Below are positions 1-8,565 of a stretch of 64,000 nucleotides of DNA, one piece after another. The DNA lies in IMG/VR virus record IMGVR_UViG_3300012922_000007, positions 14,531 through 78,530 of that record, one strand, 5' to 3'. Source of the stretch: a virus. Numbering within the stretch: the first letter of the stretch is position 1; every line of letters starts with the position of its first letter. The translations under genes and the position numbers were made by a program. The notes beneath the pieces are model-generated. The model had not been told where the DNA came from. It saw only the letters and a program-made list of their open reading frames with translations, and searched no databases.

Positions 1-164
1 ATTTTGTCCAGGGATCTCCAGTATCATACTGACAGCTTTCATACTTCCTGTGTAGACCCTCACAACGAGTACAGGTATATAAAGCATCTCCCTCAGGGGA
101 CCATCCCACAGCCGTGCCAGCTCCCGGTCCTTGGGGCTCCGATGGAAAATTTCCGTAAACTGTT

Positions 165-425
165 CTAGTCATTAGTCTTATCTTCAATTCTGTTAGTAAG
201 GTCGAGGGCTTGAGCAACTTGGTCTGTCCCAAATTCTAGGAACTCATGATCTGTAAAATCCTCGCCTTCGATAGATTCATGGACTTTGGCATAAACCACA
301 ACAGCCGAACCAGTTTGTTTCAGCTTCAGAAGTTCTGAGAAGGTTTCCTTACTAACTCCCAATGTTTCAAGGACATAGCTAATACCAGCTTCATATCCAT
401 CGGAATATGTTTCCATTCCTGTCAT
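165..425 (-). CDS. hypothetical protein
   Basis: 86-aa ORF, start/stop coupled to the 422-616 ORF. Confidence 0.6.
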   Translation of the reverse strand: MTGMETYSDGYEAGISYVLETLGVSKETFSELLKLKQTGSAVVVYAKVHESIEGEDFTDHEFLEFGTDQVAQALDLTNRIEDKTND

Positions 426-616
426 AACAATCCTTTTAGTTTCAACAGATTAGCTTCCTTGGCGAAGTACGTATAGACACCGATAAGGCCGAGGCTAATA
501 ATTCCACATAGAATTTGACCTCGCTGGAAGCAGTAGATGGCCCCAATGAACCATGTTCCGAAGACTGCTGATACTGCGATAGTGCCGATTACCTTCTCTG
601 TCTTAGACTTCTTCAT
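422..616 (-). CDS. small membrane protein (2 TM)
   Basis: two hydrophobic stretches; 4-nt overlaps with both neighbours. Confidence 0.6.
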   Translation of the reverse strand: MKKSKTEKVIGTIAVSAVFGTWFIGAIYCFQRGQILCGIISLGLIGVYTYFAKEANLLKLKGLL

Positions 617-819
617 TCGTCCTCCAAAGGTTCGGGTATAGATTTAAAGCCGACTGCATCTACTGCACTGTCCTTGCATTCTCGTTTCGAGGCCATTCCC
701 TCGGGAGTAGACTCTATGAGAAAGACCTCGTGTATCGGAAGACCTTCGGCTAGGGATATAGCCTCTAGTACAGAGGAGGCACGAACGTATTTTACGAGGC
801 GGTAGTCTTGTGGTTCCAC
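613..819 (-). CDS. hypothetical protein, first gene of the leftward operon
   Basis: GTG start preceded by AGAGGA on the - strand; just downstream of the ECF-type promoter. Confidence 0.55.
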   Translation of the reverse strand: MEPQDYRLVKYVRASSVLEAISLAEGLPIHEVFLIESTPEGMASKRECKDSAVDAVGFKSIPEPLEDE

Positions 820-860
820 GGGTCCTCTTTTGGGACCCCTATCAATGGGACCCTTTTACT

Positions 861-898
861 TCTATTTAGTTAGACGAAAAAAGTCACCGATAAGGCGC
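861..898 (-). promoter_or_regulatory. ECF-sigma-type promoter (copy 1), leftward/late
   Basis: - strand reads GCGCC-17nt-CGTCTAACTAAATAGA; same layout at 21345, 21401 and 38888. Confidence 0.7.
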
Positions 899-1111
899 AC
901 TGTAAGATAAAATATCAACTAACTAGGTCACTACGGTAAGTAACTGATGGTCAAGGGGGCTTCCCCACTCCCACCCCCTGAGGCAATCAAGGGTCCCCTA
1001 TCCTAACTCCTACTGTCTCACACACATACACTCACACGAATATAAATAACACACTCGAACACACGGGATACCGCGATCACACACGCACGCATACATAACG
1101 CGCCCGCGAAA

Positions 1112-1551
1112 CGAGTGTTGAAAACAAAGGCATTGCCGTAGGTTGATTGGAGTAATCAACCTCATCGAAAGTGACAGTAAAAACTAGTCTCGAAAATCAA
1201 AACCGCACCCACGTAACTCGTTTGCTTTCAATAGTTTGCCGCTAAGTGTATGATAACACGCGCACACGCATGCAATCGAAGTGCCAACAAAATTTCCATT
1301 TCCCCTTGACACGTTCGCTCTTCCCCTACATTCGCATCATGAGTTCGAGGTCAAACGCGAGGTCATCGTCCAGATCTGGACAACAGCACGTAGAGATGAA
1401 AAATCGTGTAAAATTTTCCCGTTTGTTTTCATGCATTTGCGTCGAAAACGCTCGCATGTCGTTGAAAACATAGGTGTGTAAAAAATACTCGAAAGCGGTA
1501 AAAATTACACGATATGAAAAATGGAAGTCGTTTGTTTTCATGCACTTGCGT
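1112..1551. repeat. cluster of IHF-like sites including a 23-bp direct repeat
   Basis: CGTTTGTTTTCATGCA(T/C)TTGCGT at 1420 and 1529; related CGTTTGCTTTCAATAGTTTG at 1219; inverted TTGAAAACAWAG at 1118 and 1462; resembles IHF consensus WATCAANNNNTTR. Confidence 0.5.
1271..1287 (-). promoter_or_regulatory. sigma54 (-24/-12) promoter, leftward
   Basis: - strand TTGGCAC-TTCGA-TTGCA is an exact match to TGGCAC-N5-TTGCW. Confidence 0.6.
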
Positions 1552-1552
1552 T

Positions 1553-1568
1553 TGGAACGGCACCTGCA
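1553..1568 (+). promoter_or_regulatory. sigma54 (-24/-12) promoter, rightward/early
   Basis: TGGAAC-GGCAC-CTGCA with correct GG-N10-GC spacing, upstream of the first + strand gene. Confidence 0.45.
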
Positions 1569-1747
1569 CTAGCACTTGCGACCGACGGTTACACAGGCAG
1601 TCCCGAACCCGAGAGCTTCTCGGTCGATGAGAGCATAAGTACTCGGCAGTAGCGATAGCATACCGTATACACCCGCTGTCAAACGGTCCTGTTAACCCGA
1701 GGTCAAACGTTAGCTGGCGAGCTATAAACGCACGCGGAGAAAACACA

Positions 1748-2026
1748 ATGCCAACCGAACAAGAAATTCTCAAAGCACGTATCGCTGAACTGGAGAAAGC
1801 TCTGGCAGCTAAGAACGCACCCAAGGCTATCTCGTTCAAGGTCAGCGAGAAGGGCGCGGTTAGCGCCTATGGTATCAACGCTCGCTTCCCAGTAACTTTA
1901 TATGCGGACCAATGGGTTCGGCTAAGTGCGGCGATGCCTGCTCTTGGCGAGTTCATCAAGGCGAATGCATCTAGCCTGTCAGTGAAACCGGCCAACCACG
2001 TCACGACTGTTCCGCCCACGAAGTAA
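1748..2026 (+). CDS. conserved uncharacterised protein
   Basis: GGAG RBS; motif KVSEKGAVSxYG...RFPVTLY..QW recalled from bacterial and phage hypotheticals. Confidence 0.75.
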   Translation: MPTEQEILKARIAELEKALAAKNAPKAISFKVSEKGAVSAYGINARFPVTLYADQWVRLSAAMPALGEFIKANASSLSVKPANHVTTVPPTK

Positions 2027-2101
2027 CACGGGTTTATTGCAAGCCGAATGATGACTGGCAACAGGAACTTTCGGCTTGACAATGCATCCGGAATGTGGAC
2101 A

Positions 2102-2611
2102 ATGCGAGAAATTAAACTAACCCGAGGCTATGTCGCATTGGTCAGCGACGAAGACTATGACCGAATATCAGTGCACAAGTGGTGTGCTAGCGAGTCGTGG
2201 TCAAGAGGCAAGATGCATAACGTATACGCTATCAGAAGTGCGGACGGATATACGCTGCGGATGCACAGGTTTATCCTTGGCGTCGATGAACACAAGGTCG
2301 AGGTCGATCACATTGACGGCAATGGACTTAACAATCAGCGCCACAACTTGCGAACGGGCAGTAGATCAGATAATGCTACGAATATGCCTAAGCGCAAGGA
2401 TGCTAAGTGGTCTGAATTCAAGGGAGTGGTATTACACGTCCAAAGTGGATTGTGGCGATGTGAACTATCCCTTGGCGGAGTTCGGATATATTTGGGCTAC
2501 TATCGTACCGAAATTGAGGCAGCTATGGCCTACGATATAGCGTCGCTGTTATTTCGAGGTGAGTTTGCGAGGTTAAACTTTGCCTCTGGCCCACCACTGC
2601 CAGTAATCTAA
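2102..2611 (+). CDS. HNH endonuclease with AP2 domain
   Basis: IKLTRGYVALV, MHRFIL, VDHIDGNGLNNQRHNLR, YLGYY..EIEAAMAYD..GEFARLNF. Confidence 0.9.
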   Translation: MREIKLTRGYVALVSDEDYDRISVHKWCASESWSRGKMHNVYAIRSADGYTLRMHRFILGVDEHKVEVDHIDGNGLNNQRHNLRTGSRSDNATNMPKRKDAKWSEFKGVVLHVQSGLWRCELSLGGVRIYLGYYRTEIEAAMAYDIASLLFRGEFARLNFASGPPLPVI

Positions 2612-2623
2612 TTCGAGGGCTAT

Positions 2624-2881
2624 ATGACACACTGTATCGAATGCGAGGGCAATTCCGAAGTAGGGCACGAGGCTACTTGCTACTATGCCCAAAACGAGGT
2701 CAATGTCCCTTGTGGGAAATGCGGACAGCATATGGCCGATGGGAGCGTCGTGGTTATGTCTTGGCAGAACACGGCTATTGAGCATGTTAACTGTCCAGAA
2801 CCGGACGGGGAATACGAGGTCAGAACACGGACTGCTAATGTCCAGATTCCGGATACATGTGTGCCCGAGGTCATTCGCTAG
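2624..2881 (+). CDS. small Cys/His-rich hypothetical protein
   Basis: GAGG RBS; CIEC and CGKC motifs. Confidence 0.6.
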   Translation: MTHCIECEGNSEVGHEATCYYAQNEVNVPCGKCGQHMADGSVVVMSWQNTAIEHVNCPEPDGEYEVRTRTANVQIPDTCVPEVIR

Positions 2882-3281
2882 GTCACTATCACGCATATAA
2901 TGCCATGTGTGCGTGAGTAGTAATCTAATGCGAGGTCAAGTCTATGATCGAAGTCAAGACAACAACAACGAATTTACATGTTTTCCTGTCGCTAACTGGA
3001 CACGCCTTCGACCAAACGACGCCAGATTCTGATAGGTCACATGGATTTTACTGGTCTATGCGTTGGCTTGCGCGTCAGGTTATTGGCCAAACTTGGATGG
3101 ACTGGCTTATTACGTAATTTCAATGCGAGGTTAAACCATGAAAGCACTAGCCAAACTCCGAGCCATTGCCCGGCAAAAGCATGATTGCGGGGAAATGACT
3201 TACACTGAACTTCAACTAATCCTGCTCGAACTTGAGAAGCGCAAGCGAGCATTACGAGGCAAGCCTTAGGCGAGGTCAAAA

Positions 3282-3413
3282 ATGAAAGACACGATTGTGT
3301 ACATACTTGTAGCGGGTTTGTTGCTCCCTGTGTATACCATTGCTGCACTTGGTTTATGGGCTCTGGTTATACATGTATACACGGAACTATTTGTTCCGAG
3401 GTCAAAACCATGA
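3282..3413 (+). CDS. small membrane peptide (43 aa)
   Basis: own translation MKDTIVYILVAGLLLPVYTIAALGLWALV...; GAGGT RBS. Confidence 0.55.
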   Translation: MKDTIVYILVAGLLLPVYTIAALGLWALVIHVYTELFVPRSKP

Positions 3414-3580
3414 AACTAAACACTTTGCTCGGATTGTTAGCGGCAGTTTGCCTTGGATTAACCCTGTCCAACGTCGCCTGCCTAATCGCGTATACCGATC
3501 TGGACAAGGAATATTCACAGGAAATGGGCTTGCGGGATCAATCTGATTCAATGCTTAGAGCTTGTCAGGCGGGGAATTAA
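3410..3580 (+). CDS. small signal-anchored protein
   Basis: MKLNTLLGLLAAVCLGLTL; GAGGT RBS; ATGA overlap with the previous ORF. Confidence 0.55.
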   Translation: MKLNTLLGLLAAVCLGLTLSNVACLIAYTDLDKEYSQEMGLRDQSDSMLRACQAGN

Positions 3581-3599
3581 CTCAATACGAGGTCAAAAT

Positions 3600-3731
3600 A
3601 TGATTGTGTACATCGTCGTTATCGTGTTCATGGTGCTGCTTTTCTCGTTCATGGGAATTGTAGTATACTTTGAACATGTGGAAGCAATGACATTGCTGAA
3701 AAACGCAGACGAAAACGAAGATAGTCTCTAG
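3600..3731 (+). CDS. small membrane peptide (43 aa)
   Basis: own translation MIVYIVVIVFMVLLFSFMGIVVYF...; GAGGT RBS. Confidence 0.55.
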   Translation: MIVYIVVIVFMVLLFSFMGIVVYFEHVEAMTLLKNADENEDSL

Positions 3732-3798
3732 TTACGAGGAGTATGTCCGGATTATGGACCTTGGCATACTCTTGGCAACTAGCCAATTCGAGGTCAAT

Positions 3799-3993
3799 AT
3801 GCGTAAGAGTGTAATTCTTGTACTGGTCCTGTTCGCGGTCGGCGCGATGGCTGCTGAACGCGTGAAAAGTCTGTATCACGTCTCGCACGTGTCTGAATCC
3901 CTAGTCGGGATTAGCTGCCCAATCAATCATGCCGACGTAACAGTGATTGGCAACTATAATGGCGTGTTGCTTATTAGCTGTGGTACTCGGTAA
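3799..3993 (+). CDS. small secreted protein
   Basis: signal peptide MRKSVILVLVLFAVGAMA; GAGGT RBS. Confidence 0.6.
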   Translation: MRKSVILVLVLFAVGAMAAERVKSLYHVSHVSESLVGISCPINHADVTVIGNYNGVLLISCGTR

Positions 3994-4004
3994 TCCCGTT
4001 TCCC

Positions 4005-4330
4005 TTGGTAGGACGCGAGGTCAATCTCGCGTAAGCTATTTAGTTTAACGTACTTAGTATAATTCAGCGAGTTGTGAAACGCTGTTGCTGAGGGACTAAG
4101 TAGCTTACGGAAGGTTGTCCAGTTCTGGACAGCTAACCTCGCCCTTGGCTTGGCGCCATCGGCTGATTCTGGCTGCTCAAGTGATTTCGAGGGCCGTTTA
4201 AATGCGATATGGCGAATCGAGGTCACGGAATGGGTTCGAGGCCGGAAACGAGGTCAAACGCCTCGCCTTGGCCTCGGAAACTAGGCTAGCGAACGTTTTA
4301 CAGCACGGTCGGACGTGCGGAAAGCGGGTT
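4005..4330 (+). ncRNA. candidate structured ncRNA
   Basis: no credible ORF; stems 4013-4032, 4030-4044/4095-4109 (15 bp), 4114-4133, 4237-4276. Confidence 0.45.
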
Positions 4331-4332
4331 TT

Positions 4333-4521
4333 ATGACGGACGAAGAATTGGAAAACAGTTATTACGGCCCTGTATGTAACATTGCAGGGTGTGTCGAGTG
4401 TTATGTTATGGTAATCGAGTGTAACTTCTGCGGAGAGATTAGCACAGTCCAGAATCCGGATAATGCGCCTCGTATTAACTGTCCGAACTGCGGTATTTCT
4501 AATTCTGTACCTCGGGACTGA
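4333..4521 (+). CDS. zinc-ribbon small protein
   Basis: CVEC, CNFC and CPNC motifs. Confidence 0.55.
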   Translation: MTDEELENSYYGPVCNIAGCVECYVMVIECNFCGEISTVQNPDNAPRINCPNCGISNSVPRD

Positions 4522-4549
4522 TATAACGAGATCATTGTAGTCTTGTAGT

Positions 4550-5105
4550 CTTAGGGCGGGATCGAATATGTACACAATGCTTCGCGCAAGCTGTTCATAA
4601 TAGAGCAGCTTACGAGGTGCATACCTCAAGACAAGTTAGACGGACCTGCAAGCTAGGTAACTAGCAGCTGTGCAAAGCAGCATCGAGGCGACGTGGAGTT
4701 AACGTCGTGGTCCACAAATATAAGTCTGCGCAAGTAGCGTAGATACCACGAGATAGAACGGGCAAGCTTTGGGCCAAAATGTCCAGAGAATTGCACTCTA
4801 CCAGCATATCAGGTAAGGAAATGCCTGACCCAAGTTTGATATGCGCCAGTTTGAAGAATATTGCGAACTTTGCAGCGCGGAGAGTGACCGTAACTGTGAG
4901 CGATAGCGGCTTCGAACCCTATACGCTTTGGATGGTAAGACCGCCAGCAGTTGAGTGTCTATTTCAAGAAGTATCCGCGAGGGCAGCAGCAAGGTTAGGT
5001 ATAAGCGACCGATATAAGTGCTTATAGCTAATGCATTTACGAGAGAACCGAGGCAACTCGTGAGCGACCCGAACTGCATTAGACTATGCGCATTTTGCGT
5101 ATACG
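4550..5105 (+). ncRNA. candidate large structured ncRNA
   Basis: dense series of hairpins (4588-4611, 4614-4627, 4652-4665 with GTAA loop, 4688-4708, 4804-4844, 5000-5026, 5028-5082); only weak ORFs without RBS. Confidence 0.5.
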
Positions 5106-5115
5106 AGGTGAAAAT

Positions 5116-5268
5116 ATGCACTTAAGTAACGAAGATTTGCTCTTGTTTATGTTAGACGCTCATCGACGTATTGAGGTATCAACTAACGCGTGCGAGGACG
5201 AAGAAGCCACTAAGTTATATAGATTATATCGCACAGAGGTTTTGAGGAGAATGAATCACGATGTCTAG
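5116..5268 (+). CDS. hypothetical protein
   Basis: GAGGTG RBS before ATG. Confidence 0.55.
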   Translation: MHLSNEDLLLFMLDAHRRIEVSTNACEDEEATKLYRLYRTEVLRRMNHDV

Positions 5269-5533
5269 TCTAGTTCTAAACGATGGCAACATAAAGACTT
5301 CTACTGGAGTTTTGGAAAGTAATTTGTCCTTTCAAGAAGCCATAGATTTCCTAGTTAATACTCCTAGTTGGTGGAGCGGGCCGAATGGCAAGGGACCGAC
5401 ATTGACCTTGGAGATTGTTAAGAATAGCAAGAATCACAACGGGAAAAATATTCTGATAGTTTCGGACGGCGATGTTAGTATTGAAATATCGGAACACGGT
5501 ATATTTTGCTATGCGTGGTCAGGTGCATCCTAA
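5261..5533 (+). CDS. hypothetical protein
   Basis: coupled ORF in the early cluster. Confidence 0.55.
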   Translation: MSSLVLNDGNIKTSTGVLESNLSFQEAIDFLVNTPSWWSGPNGKGPTLTLEIVKNSKNHNGKNILIVSDGDVSIEISEHGIFCYAWSGAS

Positions 5534-5679
5534 TGTCTGAAACTAAAGAAGTGCTCCTTGCTCGGATATTAGAGCTAGAGAACGCTTTAAAGCCTAAACC
5601 TAAATCCGAGGTCAAACGTAAACCTAGGAAACTAAAGGCTATACCAAATGGCCGCGTGAGTTTCAGATTTCAATTTTGA
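5533..5679 (+). CDS. small basic protein
   Basis: own translation MSETKEVLLARILELENALKPK...; N-terminus resembles that of the 1748 protein. Confidence 0.45.
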   Translation: MSETKEVLLARILELENALKPKPKSEVKRKPRKLKAIPNGRVSFRFQF

Positions 5680-5687
5680 GGTGAACT

Positions 5688-5888
5688 ATGTTCGGTCTTA
5701 CCATGATCTATGACAGAGAAACTGCGAGGTTAATTGGTTATCGGATATCCGAGGTCGAAGCCTTGCTAGGAACTAATCGCAGACGTGAATTCGAGGAGTA
5801 TATGCGAGGTAAAACCGTAGGTATTGCAAACGGGGAGCACATTGTCTATCCCAATGATTTAAAAGCATTTTTCCTGTACGGGAATTAA
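5688..5888 (+). CDS. hypothetical protein
   Basis: GAGGTG RBS. Confidence 0.6.
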   Translation: MFGLTMIYDRETARLIGYRISEVEALLGTNRRREFEEYMRGKTVGIANGEHIVYPNDLKAFFLYGN

Positions 5889-5904
5889 ACACGAGGTAAA
5901 AATC

Positions 5905-6090
5905 ATGTATGCTATCGTAATGGCGGAAGGTGACGATAAACAGTCTGTAATCAAGAGTTTGCTAGAAGCAATTACAGACTTAGAAAAAACCAGCATTGAC
6001 AACTGTTCAGCTCACAACTTTGAATACGAGATGTTCGAGGGAGAGATGCCTGCAATGGATATGCTCTTTAACGATCATTTTGGAAATTAG
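5905..6090 (+). CDS. small acidic hypothetical protein
   Basis: GAGGT RBS. Confidence 0.6.
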   Translation: MYAIVMAEGDDKQSVIKSLLEAITDLEKTSIDNCSAHNFEYEMFEGEMPAMDMLFNDHFGN

Positions 6091-6104
6091 CTACGAGGTG
6101 AATT

Positions 6105-6401
6105 ATGTGTTACGACAGACCTTGGGGACACGGAAACAAAATTGGCGAAGTCTATGTTGTTGAGGAAAATAGACTTGGTATCAACAATCATCAACCAAAA
6201 GATAAAAGTCTGGCTTTGTGTATAGAGCACACTGGAGACTATTTCTACGATTATATGCCAATAGTCGTAGATAAAAAAGGCATAAGGGCAAAATTAAACA
6301 AACAATTTGGTTCGTACGCCTTCCGTAAATTGTCCAGATTCCGGAAATTCTCAGATAGAGAGTTTCATTTACTTCTAGCTGGAGAGAATCTAAGCGAGTA
6401 A
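6105..6401 (+). CDS. hypothetical protein
   Basis: GAGGTG RBS. Confidence 0.6.
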   Translation: MCYDRPWGHGNKIGEVYVVEENRLGINNHQPKDKSLALCIEHTGDYFYDYMPIVVDKKGIRAKLNKQFGSYAFRKLSRFRKFSDREFHLLLAGENLSE

Positions 6402-6414
6402 CTACGGGGTCAAT

Positions 6415-6693
6415 ATGAATCGACACGAACAGAAAAAGTACGCCCATTTGATGCATTGGCACGAATGTGGTATATGCGAGAAAATGTCTGCTTGTACGGA
6501 TAGTCCTTGCACACGCCTCGATATCTGTCGAGAATGCGAGGTCAATCCTATGGAACAAGTCCTTGGAAAAGAAAGATGCGAGGTATTTGAACAGGAAATG
6601 TCCAAGGTCAGAGCCTACGAGGTTAATATTAGTAAGTATCTTGACCTCGGAGATTCGTGGCGTGCGAGGGGAATGTCAATTTCACTAGAGTAA
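6415..6693 (+). CDS. Cys-rich hypothetical protein
   Basis: CGIC and CREC motifs. Confidence 0.55.
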   Translation: MNRHEQKKYAHLMHWHECGICEKMSACTDSPCTRLDICRECEVNPMEQVLGKERCEVFEQEMSKVRAYEVNISKYLDLGDSWRARGMSISLE

Positions 6694-6706
6694 CGAGGTT
6701 CAACTC

Positions 6707-7242
6707 ATGCCGTACTATCGCAGAGGTTCTTTGGAAGAAAGATTTTGGTGGAATGTAGACAAAAACGGCCCAAAACCCAGTTTAGAATCAATACAAAAAT
6801 ATCCAGAAATTGAAAACACAATATGTTGGATTTGGACTGGCCACACCATAAAACACGGATACGGAAGAATGAAAGACAAATCCATAGGCACCCATTTAGC
6901 CCATAGAATTGCCTTTTATCTTGCTAACGGAAGATGGCCTAACACAACCACTCCTTTTATACTACATAAATGCGACAATCCTCCTTGTGTTAGACTCGAA
7001 CATTTAATTGAAGGAACTCATGCTCAAAATATTAAAGATTCGTATGATAAAAACAGGGGGGACTGAGCCGAGTTGGAGAAAATAACTTTTTTGCCAAAGT
7101 AACTAAAGACCAGGTAAAACAAATGCGTCAAATGTACGAAGAACAAGATGTATCGTATGCAAAACTTGCGACGTTGTTTGGCTTAAAACCGTCTACGGTA
7201 AGCGATATTTTGAAAAGAAAACACTGGAAGTGGGTAATTTAA
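6707..7242 (+). pseudogene. HNH endonuclease split by a -1 frameshift at a G6 run
   Basis: CWIWTG..GYG..AHR..ILHKCDNPPCVRLEHL stops at 7066; the usual C-terminal GENNFFAKVT..QVKQMR..HTH..WKWV continues in the -1 frame to TAA 7242. Confidence 0.7.
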
Positions 7243-7260
7243 ACTTAAGGAGGGAAACAA

Positions 7261-7482
7261 ATGTCGGATACAGAAAATAAAGAGGTGATGCACGCAATAG
7301 CTAACGAGTATGGTTGCTTTTGTTTACCCGATCAGAATTGCGATCAATGTACGGAATATGAAATTGAGTATCCGCATATCAACGATCTAAGAGACGAATC
7401 AGCCCACAAGTTAGTTGGCCCCGCTCTTCAGAATTACAATTCCCAACATTTTCATAGCTTTATCAGCCGAAAGTGTAGATAA
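7261..7482 (+). CDS. hypothetical protein
   Basis: AGGAGG RBS; CDQC motif. Confidence 0.55.
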   Translation: MSDTENKEVMHAIANEYGCFCLPDQNCDQCTEYEIEYPHINDLRDESAHKLVGPALQNYNSQHFHSFISRKCR

Positions 7483-7544
7483 GTTTCGTGTCAATCCGAG
7501 GCGATTGTCCTCGGGTTGTCAAGAAATTTACCTCGGAGTTAATT

Positions 7545-7826
7545 ATGCCTGAAGATGATCCGCAAATAGGATGGGTGACGTTTTATCATGACAGGACAAT
7601 AACTACCGCGTATGCCCGATGTTTTAATGAAGAATGTATGTCTAACCACCTGGTTATGAGAGCGTTATACCTATCGCAGGTCGAAGGTAAATTCCGTGTT
7701 AAGTGCTCGACTTGCGGATTTGGTTTGTATTACGAACCAGGTTTGCCTCTTATATTTAATGCGGAAATAGTAAGAAATCTGACGGAAATCGAAATAATCG
7801 CCGCTATGATTGATGCCGAGATGTAA
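7545..7826 (+). CDS. Zn-binding protein, divergent member of the paralog family
   Basis: PQIGWVTFY..C..C..LY..Q...KFRVKCSTC pattern parallels the 15570-family. Confidence 0.5.
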   Translation: MPEDDPQIGWVTFYHDRTITTAYARCFNEECMSNHLVMRALYLSQVEGKFRVKCSTCGFGLYYEPGLPLIFNAEIVRNLTEIEIIAAMIDAEM

Positions 7827-7914
7827 ACCCCATGTCACCATTGCACTTAGATGGCCACTACTGCGATTTTGGCCTCGGGTTTACTTCTGGGCATCTAGCC
7901 TACGGAGGAAAGTT

Positions 7915-8118
7915 ATGGCTCGTTTACCGGGAACAAAGAACAAGAAGTTTTCAATATTTGCATTTAAATCATCCGAGGACAGGGCATATTTCATCAGGAT
8001 GAATCTACCTACTGATGCGCCTTATACAGTTTATGTCCATCCCTCGCTATTTAACTCAGCAATTCAGTGGTATTATCTTCGCATTGAACTACCAGAATCT
8101 ACACAGAAGGAGGTCTAA
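7915..8118 (+). CDS. hypothetical protein
   Basis: GGAGG RBS. Confidence 0.55.
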   Translation: MARLPGTKNKKFSIFAFKSSEDRAYFIRMNLPTDAPYTVYVHPSLFNSAIQWYYLRIELPESTQKEV

Positions 8119-8448
8119 ATGTACGTAGCAATAGTATTTAGAAGTCTAAATGACGAGGCGGCAAATCCGAGGCCATTACCAGGAACAAACTATGCTCGTC
8201 TTGATCCACCTGATGTCGTTCCGGAAGAAGACGAGTTTCCATCGTCTGCGTCCGAACGGAGCGGATTTACAGTTGCACACACAATCCTTAAACCTACCGC
8301 ACAAGAAGCAGCCCAAGGTGCTGAAATTAAACGTCTTAGCCTTTCCAATTCTTATCCCAGTCGTAACTATAGGATTTGGGTTGGTCTGCTTTCACACGAG
8401 GTCCAAAGACCAGAGCCTCGTCCTTTACAGCTTGTAGAATTGGCGTAG
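8119..8448 (+). CDS. hypothetical protein
   Basis: AGGAGG RBS. Confidence 0.6.
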   Translation: MYVAIVFRSLNDEAANPRPLPGTNYARLDPPDVVPEEDEFPSSASERSGFTVAHTILKPTAQEAAQGAEIKRLSLSNSYPSRNYRIWVGLLSHEVQRPEPRPLQLVELA

Positions 8449-8462
8449 AATTAACGCGAGGT

Positions 8463-8565
8463 TAGCGCCTTGCGTCCTACATCCTGAGTCACTTAATATG
8501 CGAGCGGGGCTTGCAGCGTGACGAGTAGGTTCGACTCCTATCAGGGTGTAGGGCGGAGGGCGCTA
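8463..8565 (+). ncRNA. tRNA-like RNA (T-arm plus extended acceptor-like stem)
   Basis: GTAGG-TTCGACT-CCTAT T-arm at 8525-8541; 8463-8486 pairs with 8542-8565; no D-arm or anticodon arm. Confidence 0.55.

Noticed and set aside
1306-1332. sigma70 promoter TTGACA..TACATT
   Set aside because: The spacer is only 15 nt, which is not enough support.
4779-5121. ORFs 4779-5027 (+) and 4798-5121 (-)
   Set aside because: They have no RBS or motifs and overlap dense RNA structure.
8465-8500. Fifth ECF promoter (GCGCC-17nt-AGTC)
   Set aside because: The -10 element and downstream bases deviate, and GCGCC is explained by the RNA stem.
8480-8550. Canonical tRNA gene
   Set aside because: There is no D-arm, anticodon arm or CCA; it is kept as tRNA-like only.
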